NCBI GenBank assembly: GCA_041748075.1
Contig: JBGTDX010000036.1
Location: 58,505 to 122,504, forward strand
Direction: 5' to 3'
Source of the DNA: Thermoanaerobaculia bacterium
GTDB lineage: Bacteria; Acidobacteriota; Thermoanaerobaculia; Gp7-AA8
DNA: 64,000 nt
Shown here piece after piece: positions 17,943 to 27,172 of the stretch (its first letter is position 1; every line of letters starts with the position of its first letter). The translations under genes were made by a program, and so were the position numbers. A model generated the notes under the pieces. The model made no database searches. It was not told where the DNA came from and worked only from the letters and a program-made list of their open reading frames with translations.

Positions 17943-17976
17943 CAAAAATGAGAGGGGCCGCTCTTGCGGCCCCTCT
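17943..17976 (-). terminator. Rho-independent terminator following tRNA-Gly
   Basis: Stem gaggggccgc/gcggcccctc with tctt loop, followed on the minus strand by UUUUU. Confidence 0.65.
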
Positions 17977-17989
17977 GGCTGGATACGAT

Positions 17990-18064
<75 letters not shown>

Positions 18065-18152
18065 TAACGGCTTGTGTACTCTAGGCATTGGCCCGAGAGC
18101 TTGTCAAGCGCCGTCCATAACGGCCGGTCGGCTCTGCGGTATTCCCCCCCGT

Positions 18153-18322
18153 GGGAGTTCTGAGTTCTGAGTTCTGAGTTCTGAGTGGTAGTTCCGGCGT
18201 TCTGGGTTCTCGGAGCCCGGGATCCTTCCAGGATCTGCACCCTCGAGGAAAGAAATCGTCCGCTGCGCTCAAGCATGACACCACGCTCGTACCACTCAGA
18301 ACTCAGAACTCAGAACTCAATT
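18153..18322 (+). repeat. MITE-like palindromic element with ~35-nt terminal inverted repeats made of GAGTTCT heptamers
   Basis: Left arm gagttctgagttctgagttctgagtggta is the reverse complement of right arm taccactcagaactcagaactcagaactc. ~100-nt core. Sits between tRNA-Gly and the 3' end of the sigma54 regulator gene. Confidence 0.65.
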
Positions 18323-19672
18323 GGGTCGCTCCACCTGAATTCCATATGCATGGAGTTTGCGGTAGAGATTCGAGCGTTCCACCCCGAGTGCGTCGGCGGT
18401 GCGGCTGACGTTGCCGGAGTGCTCGCGAAGGCGGGTGAGGATGAACTCTTTTTCGAACTCTTCCCGCGCTTCGCGCAGGGTCATGTCGGATCGGACAAGG
18501 ACGCGGCTCCCTGGGCGGTCTCCGCCGAGCTCGATTGCGTCCCGCTCGATCGTTTCGCCGGGAACGAGAATCGTGAGACGCTCGATCAGGTTGCGCAGCT
18601 CGCGCACGTTTCCAGGCCACGCATAACCGCGAAGGAGTGCTGCTGCGGACGGAGAGAGTTTCTTCGGTTTTCGCCCGGTCTCTGCAGCGAAGCGGCGAAG
18701 AAAGTGTCCGGCCAGAATGATGACGTCATCGCCGCGGGCGCGCAACGGCGGAACATGAATCGGGATCACATTGAGGCGGAAGTAAAGGTCCTCGCGAAAC
18801 GAGCCGTTCGCGATCTCGACGTCGAGATTCTTGTTCGTGGCGGCGATGACGCGGACATCGGCCGAGATGGTCTGCTGGCCGCCGACTTTCTGAAACTTCT
18901 GTTCCTGGAGCACGCGAAGTACTTTTGCCTGCGTACGGAGGCTCATGTCGCCGATCTCGTCCAGGAAGAGCGTTCCACGGTCCGCGAGCTCGAACTTTCC
19001 CTTCCGATCATCGATTGCGCCGGTGAATGCTCCCTTGCGATGTCCGAAGAGCTCCGACTCGATGAGCTCCTCGGGGATAGCCGCGCAGTTCACATCGACA
19101 AACGGGGCATCGGCTCTTCGGGACTGGCGGTGCAGTGCCCTCGCGACGACTTCCTTTCCGCTGCCATTCTCTCCTGTGATCAGCACGCGGCTGCTGGATG
19201 GAGCCGCGCTCTCGATCTGCTGCTCGAGACGTTTCATTGCTTCGCTCTCTCCGATGAGTATTTCCTCGAGCGACAGATGCTCCCGCAGGTTGCGGACTTC
19301 CTCGCGGAGCTTTCGGTCGGCGAGCGCGTGATCGACTGTCAGCAGGACACGCTCGAGTGAGAGAGGCTTTTCGAGGAAATCGTAGGCGCCGAGACGCGTA
19401 GCCTTCACCGCAGTCTCGACGGTGCCGTGACCGGAGATGAGCACGACCGGAGGAGTTCCTCCGACGCTTTTAAGCCGCTCGAGAACGTCGAGGCCGTCGA
19501 CACCCGGAAGCCAGACATCCAGCAGTACGAGATCGAAGTCCTCCCGCGCGTAGGTGGCAAGTCCTTCTTCCCCCGAATCACACAGCACGGTCTCGTGGTC
19601 TTCGTCGCCGAGAATGCGCGCGAGTGTCGTCCGGATCGCCGGCTCGTCGTCGATGATCAGTATTTTAGCCAT
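18317..19672 (-). CDS. Sigma-54-dependent response regulator (NtrC/NtrX family: REC + AAA+ sigma54-activation + Fis-type HTH)
   Basis: MAKILIIDDEP receiver. GESEAMKRLEQQI...ITGENGSGKEVVARALH Walker A. GAFTGA motif. C-terminal HTH. Start set at the ATG matching the receiver N-terminus; the ORF-track start lies 237 nt upstream. Confidence 0.9.
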   Translation of the reverse strand: MAKILIIDDEPAIRTTLARILGDEDHETVLCDSGEEGLATYAREDFDLVLLDVWLPGVDGLDVLERLKSVGGTPPVVLISGHGTVETAVKATRLGAYDFLEKPLSLERVLLTVDHALADRKLREEVRNLREHLSLEEILIGESEAMKRLEQQIESAAPSSSRVLITGENGSGKEVVARALHRQSRRADAPFVDVNCAAIPEELIESELFGHRKGAFTGAIDDRKGKFELADRGTLFLDEIGDMSLRTQAKVLRVLQEQKFQKVGGQQTISADVRVIAATNKNLDVEIANGSFREDLYFRLNVIPIHVPPLRARGDDVIILAGHFLRRFAAETGRKPKKLSPSAAALLRGYAWPGNVRELRNLIERLTILVPGETIERDAIELGGDRPGSRVLVRSDMTLREAREEFEKEFILTRLREHSGNVSRTADALGVERSNLYRKLHAYGIQVERPN

Positions 19673-19715
19673 GACATGTGTATGCGATTTCTGAGTTGCG
19701 GTTCCTCGAGCCGCC

Positions 19716-21860
19716 TCAAGCAGGAATCTCGATCTCGAAGCGCGTTCCGCGGGGAGCCTTGTCGTGAACCGAGATGCGTCCGTCGTGGTCGTGAACGATT
19801 CGATGAACGATCGCGAGGCCGAGTCCCGTGCCTTCGCGCTTGGTCGAAAAGTAGGGGAGGAAGAGCTTTTCCTTGTCGGCATCGGGGATGCCTCGTCCCG
19901 GGTCTTCAACGGTGATGACCAGAGAGTGTTCCTGGGTAGTCGCGCTCAGGAGAATCTCGCCCTGATCTGTGGCTTCGATCGCATTGTCGATCAGATTGAT
20001 GAGCGCCCGGCGGATCTGCTGCGGGTCGAGGATGACGCGGATCGCCGGATCGCAGCGGACGATCAGCGACACTCCCGGTTTGACGTCGCGATAGAGCCGC
20101 GCGACTTCCTCGAAGATTTCTGTTATTGCCGTCTGTTTGAGGTCGATTGCCGGCATTCGGGCGAAGCGCGAAAACTCGTCGACGAGCCGCTTGAGCTGCG
20201 CGACTTCGGACACGATGGTCTCGCAGCCTTCGGTGACAGCGGCTGCCGTGTCGGGATCGCCATTGCGGAACTTCTTCGCGATGCGTTCGGCCGAGAGCTG
20301 GATCGGCGTGAGAGGGTTTTTGATCTCATGGGCGATTCGCCGGGCCGCTTCGCTCCACGCGGCAAGCTTCTGCGCCTGCACCAGTTCGGTCAGATCTTCG
20401 ATCGCCATCACCCAGCCGCCGCGACCTCCGCTGCCCTGAAGCGGCGCCACGGAGATCTCGAGGTAGCGAAGCTCCCCGCCACGGATCAGCGTCAGTTCGC
20501 GGGTTCTTCCTTCCGTGGGTCGTTCCGTGAGATGTTCGCTGAGAATCGACAGATCTCCAGGAAACGCGACATCGAGAGTGGCGAGCGGCGGTGGTTCGGC
20601 GATCTGAAGCATGTGGAGCGCGGCCTGATTGATGCTGAGCAGCCTGAGGTCTTCGCTGAATGCGAGAATTCCGGTCGACACGCTTTCCAGGACCGTCGAG
20701 AGATAGGCACGCTCCTCGTTTATTTTCCGATTCGCCTGCTGGAGCTCCACGTTCGAATCGGTCAGAGCATCACGCTGCGCTTCGAGCTGTGAAGCCATTC
20801 CGTTGAATGACTCGATCAGCACGCCGAATTCATCCGTAGCCTTCACGCCAATTCGATGGCCGTACTCACCCCGCGCCAGCGTCTGTGTCCCTTCTGCCAG
20901 TGCCTGTACCGGAACCGTGATCCTTCGCGATACGAAGATTGCCGTCCAGAGGACTCCGAACAGGATCGAGAGGGTCACGGTGAGGAACAGCGAGGTCTGT
21001 GATGCTTTCAATGCGGCCCGCTGTGAATTGAGTTGCTGAAAGTTTGCGTATGCGACGATGTTCTCATCGAGCATCCGGCTCAGGCTGTTCGGCAGGAAAA
21101 TGCCCGCGATGGCGACCTGCTCGCCTTCCGTGCCGACTCTAACCGCATACCGGATCCATTTACCGCTGTCGACGACGTCGATCTTGCGCGCATGACCGTT
21201 CGCAAGCACCTCTTCGAAGAATCGGGACGGCGGCTCGGAGATCTCGTGAACGGGAATCTTGGGATCCGCCTGCAACCTCATGATCACGCCGGAATCGTAC
21301 GCGCCGACCAGATCTACGTCGTGGTGTGTCCGGACATGAGCCAGAGCCTGATCGAGAGCGGCGGCTCCGTCCCGCGCGACGATGCTGGCCACTTCGCCGG
21401 CGGCCTTCCCCGCCTGAGCTCCGGCGCGCTCCTGAAGTTCCTGTGCGATCGCTTCGCTGTTCTCGAGAAGCGAGCTTACGGGTGTGTTGAACCAGCGGTC
21501 GATCGAGACCCGTAGCAGATCCGTCGCGACGAAAAACAGGACGCCGATCGGCAACAGTGACGTGACCAGATAGGTGGCCACCAGCTTGGAGCGGAATCGC
21601 GCCCCCAGGATGCCCCGCTGGCGCTCGAGGAGCACCTTGAGAATCGCGCGCAGAAGAACGAAAACGATTCCCAGTATGAGAATCAGATTGATGTTCCAGA
21701 GAACGAACAGAAGCAGACGGCTGCTCAGAGCTTCCGTCGTGAGCTCACGGCCACGCTGTATAACGTAGTAGATCAGGCTCGTGACTGTGATGATCAGAAG
21801 CGGCGCGCCGAATACGACGCGCGGATCCTTGCGATAATCCAGTAGCGATCGGTTCTTCAT
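19716..21860 (-). CDS. Sensor histidine kinase (NtrY-like: TM-HAMP-PAS-HisKA-HATPase)
   Basis: H-box AHEIKNPLTPIQLSAERI. N, G1 and G2 boxes (NLIDNAIEA, DPGRGI, GTGLGLAIV). Lies upstream of, and in the same operon as, the sigma54 regulator. Confidence 0.9.
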   Translation of the reverse strand: MKNRSLLDYRKDPRVVFGAPLLIITVTSLIYYVIQRGRELTTEALSSRLLLFVLWNINLILILGIVFVLLRAILKVLLERQRGILGARFRSKLVATYLVTSLLPIGVLFFVATDLLRVSIDRWFNTPVSSLLENSEAIAQELQERAGAQAGKAAGEVASIVARDGAAALDQALAHVRTHHDVDLVGAYDSGVIMRLQADPKIPVHEISEPPSRFFEEVLANGHARKIDVVDSGKWIRYAVRVGTEGEQVAIAGIFLPNSLSRMLDENIVAYANFQQLNSQRAALKASQTSLFLTVTLSILFGVLWTAIFVSRRITVPVQALAEGTQTLARGEYGHRIGVKATDEFGVLIESFNGMASQLEAQRDALTDSNVELQQANRKINEERAYLSTVLESVSTGILAFSEDLRLLSINQAALHMLQIAEPPPLATLDVAFPGDLSILSEHLTERPTEGRTRELTLIRGGELRYLEISVAPLQGSGGRGGWVMAIEDLTELVQAQKLAAWSEAARRIAHEIKNPLTPIQLSAERIAKKFRNGDPDTAAAVTEGCETIVSEVAQLKRLVDEFSRFARMPAIDLKQTAITEIFEEVARLYRDVKPGVSLIVRCDPAIRVILDPQQIRRALINLIDNAIEATDQGEILLSATTQEHSLVITVEDPGRGIPDADKEKLFLPYFSTKREGTGLGLAIVHRIVHDHDGRISVHDKAPRGTRFEIEIPA

Positions 21861-22399
21861 CGCGCGGTCCCGACGCGGGCCTGCTCCCAGCCGGTCGAGA
21901 TGTTCCAGGGAACGATGTGCAGCAGGTAGCCCTGCATCAGGTCCGCCCGTACACGAACCCGTACCTTTTCAGGTCTACGACCTTCGAGCGGCAGCAGTTG
22001 CGTTTCCGAGATGACCGTCATCTCCCGCTCGAGCGCATCGAATCGTGTGAACACCTCGGTGCGGATCAGCCGTCGGTTCCGGCGGTAGTTCAGCAGGTAC
22101 TCCTGCGTGATCGAGTTGTACGTCGCGATGACCTCGACCGTCGCAGTCGAGATCCGCTGATCGAACCAGTTCGGACGCTTTCTGATGAGCTCGAAGTGGT
22201 AGGTGAATCCCGTGGATACACCACTGCGCAGGGCGTCCAGGATCTCCGGCCGCGAGAAGCCGTTTTCCAGCTGGAAGGTGACGTTCACGTGACTCCCGCC
22301 GGCGGACCCTTTGAGTTGGACGATCCGCGCCTCGCTGTCAGCGCGCAGAGTTCCTGAAAAGAGGCCGGCCGCGAGAAACAGAATCAGAAGACGCCTCAT
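21857..22399 (-). CDS. DUF4390-like periplasmic protein, first gene of the HK/RR operon
   Basis: Signal peptide. 4-nt overlap with the kinase start. DUF4390 proteins typically precede NtrY-type kinases (recalled association). Confidence 0.55.
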   Translation of the reverse strand: MRRLLILFLAAGLFSGTLRADSEARIVQLKGSAGGSHVNVTFQLENGFSRPEILDALRSGVSTGFTYHFELIRKRPNWFDQRISTATVEVIATYNSITQEYLLNYRRNRRLIRTEVFTRFDALEREMTVISETQLLPLEGRRPEKVRVRVRADLMQGYLLHIVPWNISTGWEQARVGTAR

Positions 22400-22472
22400 G
22401 TGGCTTTTTTACCACAGCAAGGCGTAACAGCGAATAAAATCTGCGATCCCCGTCAGGAAGCCGACAGGGTGA

Positions 22473-23378
22473 TCAGCTCAGCAACCAGGTGTTCTCGACG
22501 CTGGACAGGGGAACCGGTACTTCGTCGGCTGCATCATCGGTGGTCCAGCAGTGCGGATGATCCAGGATTGCACCGACCAGCTTCGAGTGCATCGCGTGGC
22601 CCGCACGGGTCGCGATGACCTCCCCCAGCAGAGGGCGCCCCAGGAGCGCCAGGTCGCCCAGAAGGTCGAGGATTTTGTGGCGCACGAACTCGTCGCGGAA
22701 TCGCAAAGTTCCGTTCACGACGCCCTGATCGTCGAGCACGATGCAGTTTTCGACCGAGCCGCCTCGCGCCAACCCTGCGGCCCGAAGCTGCTCGACCTCC
22801 CGAAGGAACCCGAAGGTTCTGGCCGGAGCGATCTTGCGCGCGAACTGATCCCCGTCGAGCTGGAAGTGCATGGATTCCCGCCCGATCAGCGGATGATTGA
22901 AGTCGATTTTGTAGCGGACTGCCAGTCTCGAGGCCGGCACGATCCGGATGGATTTCACGCCGTCGACCACCTGGATCGGCTGGGTGATGCGAAGTGCGCT
23001 CACCGTGGAACCGAGGTTCCTCACGCCTGCTGCATCGAGCAGGTGGGCGAAGGGCAGCGCGCTGCCGTCGACGATCGGAACCTCCGGACCATCGATATGA
23101 ATGTCGAGATCGGTGATTCCATATGCGAAAACGGCAGACAGGAGGTGTTCGACCGTTCCGATCGAGACATCGTCTTTACCCACCGTAGTGGCATAATCAA
23201 GTGATGTGGTGCACGCCTGCAGCGCTGGAATCCGCAGGTCATTCAAATCCGTGCGGACGAACGTGAGCCCGCTGCCTGCTTGCGCGGGGTGCAGTTCGAC
23301 TTTGGTGTAGATTCCGGAATGGAGGCCGATTCCCTCGATTCCCACGACAGCGGAAATGGATTTTCGTTCGATTAGCAT
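22473..23378 (-). CDS. lpxC: UDP-3-O-acyl-N-acetylglucosamine deacetylase LpxC
   Basis: MLIERKSISAVVGIEGIGLHSGIYTKVELHPA... matches the LpxC N-terminus (zinc-binding HxxxG and later HKxLD motifs present). ORF-track N-terminal extension discarded. Confidence 0.85.
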   Translation of the reverse strand: MLIERKSISAVVGIEGIGLHSGIYTKVELHPAQAGSGLTFVRTDLNDLRIPALQACTTSLDYATTVGKDDVSIGTVEHLLSAVFAYGITDLDIHIDGPEVPIVDGSALPFAHLLDAAGVRNLGSTVSALRITQPIQVVDGVKSIRIVPASRLAVRYKIDFNHPLIGRESMHFQLDGDQFARKIAPARTFGFLREVEQLRAAGLARGGSVENCIVLDDQGVVNGTLRFRDEFVRHKILDLLGDLALLGRPLLGEVIATRAGHAMHSKLVGAILDHPHCWTTDDAADEVPVPLSSVENTWLLS

Positions 23379-23599
23379 GGACCCTTCGATCAACGGTGGA
23401 CTCTGCAGAGTCACAGAGCAGGGGCGGTGCCACAGGACAGTAATCCGGTGAATCGTAGTAACATCTTTGAAATCATGAGTTTGGTGGATCAGGCCCCGAG
23501 GGTGTCGTGGCGATCTCTGTAGCAGAGTTAGGCCAGTGATGTAGCGGAAAAGGCACACTAACGGTTTCGCGACCGTACGTGTGCGGAGCTGAAGCGAAA

Positions 23600-25183
23600 A
23601 TGACCTCAGAATTCGCCACGATCGAGCCGAAGCTCAAGGAGATTCTCTACCGTTGCCTGGAGGATATTCGCGCTACGAAGGCGGCCCTGTACCTGAGTAA
23701 CTCCGAGACGACCTATGCGATGGTCACGCAATACGGCTTCCGCGATCTCGACCGGAAACAGATCGAAGCAAGGGACGACCTGATCGACCGCCTCATCGTG
23801 AAACGCACGCCGTTTTATGTGAATAGTCTCACCGAGGAGCCGCGGTACTCGCAGACGCTGTTCTCGTCGGGCACCACGCGGATGCTTCTCGCGCCGATTC
23901 ATTCGCGGGGTCGCCTCATCGGGTTTCTCGACCTTCGGGACAAGGCCGCACAGCAGCCGTTCAATACGACCGACATTTCGGACGTGCAGACGATCATCGA
24001 TCAGTTTCTCGATTTCTTTGCGGAACGCGGCCTCTATGGCCTGAAGACATCCTCGAGCGATGTTTCCCGGGTCTCGCTTGCCCCGGTAGCACAGCCGAAC
24101 ACCGCGATGAACAGCATCGATGATGCACGCCGGGCCGTGGCGCGCGGCATCCTAAGGGCGCGGCCCATTGCCAGCGTCCTGACCGAAGCGCAGCTCGACG
24201 CCGGAGCTGCGATCCTTCCGGCAGTGCTCTCACTTCCGGGCGCCGAGGTCGCCGCTCTCTCTTCGTTCGGCCAGAACACGGGCGGACGGAGAATTGCCGC
24301 CAGAGCCGAACTGTCGGTCGACGCGAGTGAGAAACTCGAGGAGAAGCTCGTTGCATGGCTCCGCAAACGGGGCGAGCCCGAGACCGTCACGTCGTCGAGT
24401 ACCTCCTTTCCACTCGGGAAAGCGCCAGCGATTGATGCAAACAGGCTCGGCGCAATTCTCAGCGCCTCGATCAAGCTCGGTAACTTGCGCGGTGTGGTTC
24501 TGACCGCCGGTTTCGACGGCCAGCCAACCGTTCATACCCGCGGTCTTCTGGCCGGGATGCTCAAGCAGTGCACCGAGATTCTCGGTTACGCCGTCGAGCA
24601 CGAGGCAAGCCGGGCGAGCAGGACCAGGATCGCAGAAAAGCTGCTCGAGCCGGATTTCCAGCGGTTCCCCCTGCTGGCCGCTCACTGCAAACGCGTGTCG
24701 GAACTTGCCGAGCGCCTCGCCATCTTTGCAGGTCTTACAGCGGAAAACGCCGAGCACGCCCGCCTGGCGGGTATGGTTCACGACGTCGGCATGCGGTTGC
24801 TGGACTATCACCATCTCTATCGGAAGGCGACGGTGACGGCCGAGGACCTGAAGATTCTCAGGGAGCATGCCGTGGTGGGGGCTGCGCTGGTAGCCGACTC
24901 GGCTCTCGGGCCCGAGATCGCGAACATCGTCCTGTGCCATCACGAGCGCCCGGACGGCGGAGGCTATCCCAACGGGCTGTCGGGCGACAGCATCCCGGTT
25001 GTCTCGCGGGTAATCCATGTCTGCGAGGCGTTCGATGCAATGACGGCCGCCGATTCGTACCAGACGGCCGTTCCCGTGCCCGCTGCCCTCTCGCGGATCC
25101 GCCGCGTGGCCGGCGCACAACTCGACGAAGATCTCGCAAACAAATTCATCGAGATGCAGACCACCCAGCCGCGGCTGCCCTAG
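23600..25183 (+). CDS. GAF-domain protein with C-terminal HD-GYP phosphodiesterase domain
   Basis: HD...HHERxDGxGYP signature (MVHDVGM ... CHHERPDGGGYPNGL). The N-terminal ~330 aa is consistent with tandem GAF-like domains. Confidence 0.8.
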   Translation: MTSEFATIEPKLKEILYRCLEDIRATKAALYLSNSETTYAMVTQYGFRDLDRKQIEARDDLIDRLIVKRTPFYVNSLTEEPRYSQTLFSSGTTRMLLAPIHSRGRLIGFLDLRDKAAQQPFNTTDISDVQTIIDQFLDFFAERGLYGLKTSSSDVSRVSLAPVAQPNTAMNSIDDARRAVARGILRARPIASVLTEAQLDAGAAILPAVLSLPGAEVAALSSFGQNTGGRRIAARAELSVDASEKLEEKLVAWLRKRGEPETVTSSSTSFPLGKAPAIDANRLGAILSASIKLGNLRGVVLTAGFDGQPTVHTRGLLAGMLKQCTEILGYAVEHEASRASRTRIAEKLLEPDFQRFPLLAAHCKRVSELAERLAIFAGLTAENAEHARLAGMVHDVGMRLLDYHHLYRKATVTAEDLKILREHAVVGAALVADSALGPEIANIVLCHHERPDGGGYPNGLSGDSIPVVSRVIHVCEAFDAMTAADSYQTAVPVPAALSRIRRVAGAQLDEDLANKFIEMQTTQPRLP

Positions 25184-25186
25184 CTT

Positions 25187-25412
25187 GCCCGCCCTCCCTC
25201 CCGGTTGTGGGTTCTGCACGCCCAAGCGCCCATAAGCCCGCACGGGTCTGGGTTCTGCACACCCACCAGGCCGCCGGTTCTGGGTTCTGAGTTCCCACCC
25301 TTCCCCTGCGTTGGGAGGGCGGGAACCCAGAACCCACAACCGTGTGGTGGGTGGGTGTGCACAACTCACAACCGGTTGGGCGGTCGGGCGGTCGGGGGGG
25401 GAGGCGGTGTAG
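25187..25412 (+). repeat. Large imperfect palindromic repeat element containing CCGGTTGTGGGTTCTG units
   Basis: gccctccctcccggttgtgggttctg (25190-25213) and its reverse complement cagaacccacaaccg...gggagggcggg (25312-25343) flank GGGTTCTG tandem units. The same core occurs at 8.06 kb. Confidence 0.6.
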
Positions 25413-25425
25413 AATCCCCTCCCCG

Positions 25426-25896
25426 ATGGCTGCAACCAAGGATTCGGGCGAAAAGCTCATCGCCAGCAACAAGAAAGCCTTCCATGAGTACTTCGTTTTG
25501 GACAGGTTCGAAGCGGGGCTCGTACTGACGGGTACGGAGGTCAAGTCTCTGCGGGACGGACATGCGAACTTCAAGGACAGCTATATCCTTCTCAAAGGTG
25601 GGGAGGCGTTTCTGTTCGGCGCGCACATTTCTCCCTATTCGCACGGAAATCTCGAGAACCATGATCCGGAGCGCACCCGGAAGCTGCTGCTTCACCGGCG
25701 CGAGATCGAAAAACTCACGACCCAGGTCGTGGAAAAAGGCCTCACTGTCGTTCCGCTGCGCCTTTACTTCAAAGGTGGCCGCGTGAAGGTGGAGATCGCA
25801 GTGGTGCGCGGAAAGAAGCTCTATGACAAGCGGGAGACTGAAAAGCGGCGCGAGATGGACCGCGAGACCGCCGCGGCAATCAAGTCAGGTCGATGA
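25426..25896 (+). CDS. smpB: SsrA-binding protein SmpB
   Basis: KLIASNKKAFHEYFVLDRFEAGLVLTGTEVKSLR...GKKLYDKR is a canonical SmpB sequence. Confidence 0.9.
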   Translation: MAATKDSGEKLIASNKKAFHEYFVLDRFEAGLVLTGTEVKSLRDGHANFKDSYILLKGGEAFLFGAHISPYSHGNLENHDPERTRKLLLHRREIEKLTTQVVEKGLTVVPLRLYFKGGRVKVEIAVVRGKKLYDKRETEKRREMDRETAAAIKSGR

Positions 25897-26001
25897 GCAC
25901 GAACGGTTCAGATCTGAAGAATGAAGCTTCGAGCAGTGGGCTTCAGTCTTCAACTTTGAGCCTTTGACTTCACACTCAACTTTCGGGAGACCATTCAGTT
26001 C

Positions 26002-27060
26002 ATGAAGAAGAAAAACATCGTCCACGTTGTCGGTACCGGCACGATCGGAGAGCCGCTCATCGGACTTTTCACCGATTTCCAGGAGCAGTGGGGAATCGAT
26101 GAGGTCACATTTCACAAACGCACACCCAAAGCCGACGATCGTGCAATGGTCGAGCAGGTCCTTCGCAAGGGTGCCAAGCTCGTGGTCGACGAGAACGCAC
26201 GGCCCGAGTTCGAGTCGCTGGGTCATCGCGTCTCGTTCGATGCGGAAGAAGCGATCGATCGCGCCACCGTCGTGGTCGACTGTACGCCCGCGGGAAATGA
26301 CAACAGGGCGCGCTACTACGACCGGATGAAAGGACCTCTCGGCTTTATCGCCCAGGGTTCCGAGTTCGGATTCGGAAAGCCCTACGCGCGCGGAATCAAT
26401 GATGCCGTGGTCTCAGCCGACGAGCGGTTCCTGCAGGTCGTGTCATGCAACACCCACAATATTGCGGTGCTGATCAAGACGATCGCTGAGACTGACGGAA
26501 CGATAGCCCTCGAAGGTGGCAGGTTCGTCTGCATGCGCCGCGCAAACGACGTCTCCGATTCGAAGTCCTTTCTCGCGGCTCCCGAGGCTGGCAAGCACGA
26601 TGATCCCGAGTTCGGCACGCACCACGCCCGCGACGCCTACCACCTCTTCACTACGATCGGTGAGAAGCTGAATCTCTTCTCGTCCGCCATCAAGATCAAT
26701 ACGCAGTATATGCACACGCTCTGGTTCGACCTCGATCTTCGAAGGGATACTACGCTCGAGGAAGTCCGGGCGGCTTTCCGGAACAATCCCCGTGTTGCGA
26801 TTACGAACAAGCGCTCGTCGAATCAGATCTTCTCGTTCGGGCGCGACCACGGATACTTCGGGCGCATCCTCTCGCAGACGGTCGTCCCGATCCCAACGAT
26901 CGCCGTTCCGAACTCGCGCAAAGTCGTCGGCTTCTGTTACACGCCGCAGGACGGCAACTCGCTCTTGTCCTCGGTTGCTGCAACGCTTCAGTACCTTCAT
27001 CCGGAGGGTTTCGAAGAGCGCCTCGAGGTCCTCAGGCCGTACATGTTCCGGGAGATCTGA
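26002..27060 (+). CDS. Archaeal-type (type II) glyceraldehyde-3-phosphate dehydrogenase-like NAD(P)-dependent dehydrogenase
   Basis: N-terminal Rossmann GTGTIG and active-site motif VVSCNTHN, compared with type II GAPDH SCNTT. Length ~350 aa. Assigned from recalled motifs only. Confidence 0.5.
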   Translation: MKKKNIVHVVGTGTIGEPLIGLFTDFQEQWGIDEVTFHKRTPKADDRAMVEQVLRKGAKLVVDENARPEFESLGHRVSFDAEEAIDRATVVVDCTPAGNDNRARYYDRMKGPLGFIAQGSEFGFGKPYARGINDAVVSADERFLQVVSCNTHNIAVLIKTIAETDGTIALEGGRFVCMRRANDVSDSKSFLAAPEAGKHDDPEFGTHHARDAYHLFTTIGEKLNLFSSAIKINTQYMHTLWFDLDLRRDTTLEEVRAAFRNNPRVAITNKRSSNQIFSFGRDHGYFGRILSQTVVPIPTIAVPNSRKVVGFCYTPQDGNSLLSSVAATLQYLHPEGFEERLEVLRPYMFREI

Positions 27061-27172
27061 GCTCTCTCGCCGCTCGCGGCGTTCCAGCTGGTGCGACCGG
27101 CACGGCGGACGGGTTGTGCCTGCCTTTCGCGCGTGGAACGGCCTGCCTGCGACGTGTTAAAGTCCCCTCTCC

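Noticed and set aside
18185-19360. 391-aa plus-strand ORF
   Set aside because: Antisense to the sigma54 response-regulator gene, which has unambiguous receiver/AAA+/GAFTGA motifs.
24230-25435. 401-aa minus-strand ORF
   Set aside because: Antisense to the GAF/HD-GYP gene and runs through the palindromic repeat element. Low-complexity composition.
25897-26001. Possible tmRNA (ssrA) next to smpB
   Set aside because: No tRNA-like 3' end (GGTTCGAATCC...CCA) or tag-peptide reading frame was found downstream of smpB. The only tRNA-like T-arm in the window belongs to tRNA-Gly at 17990-18064.
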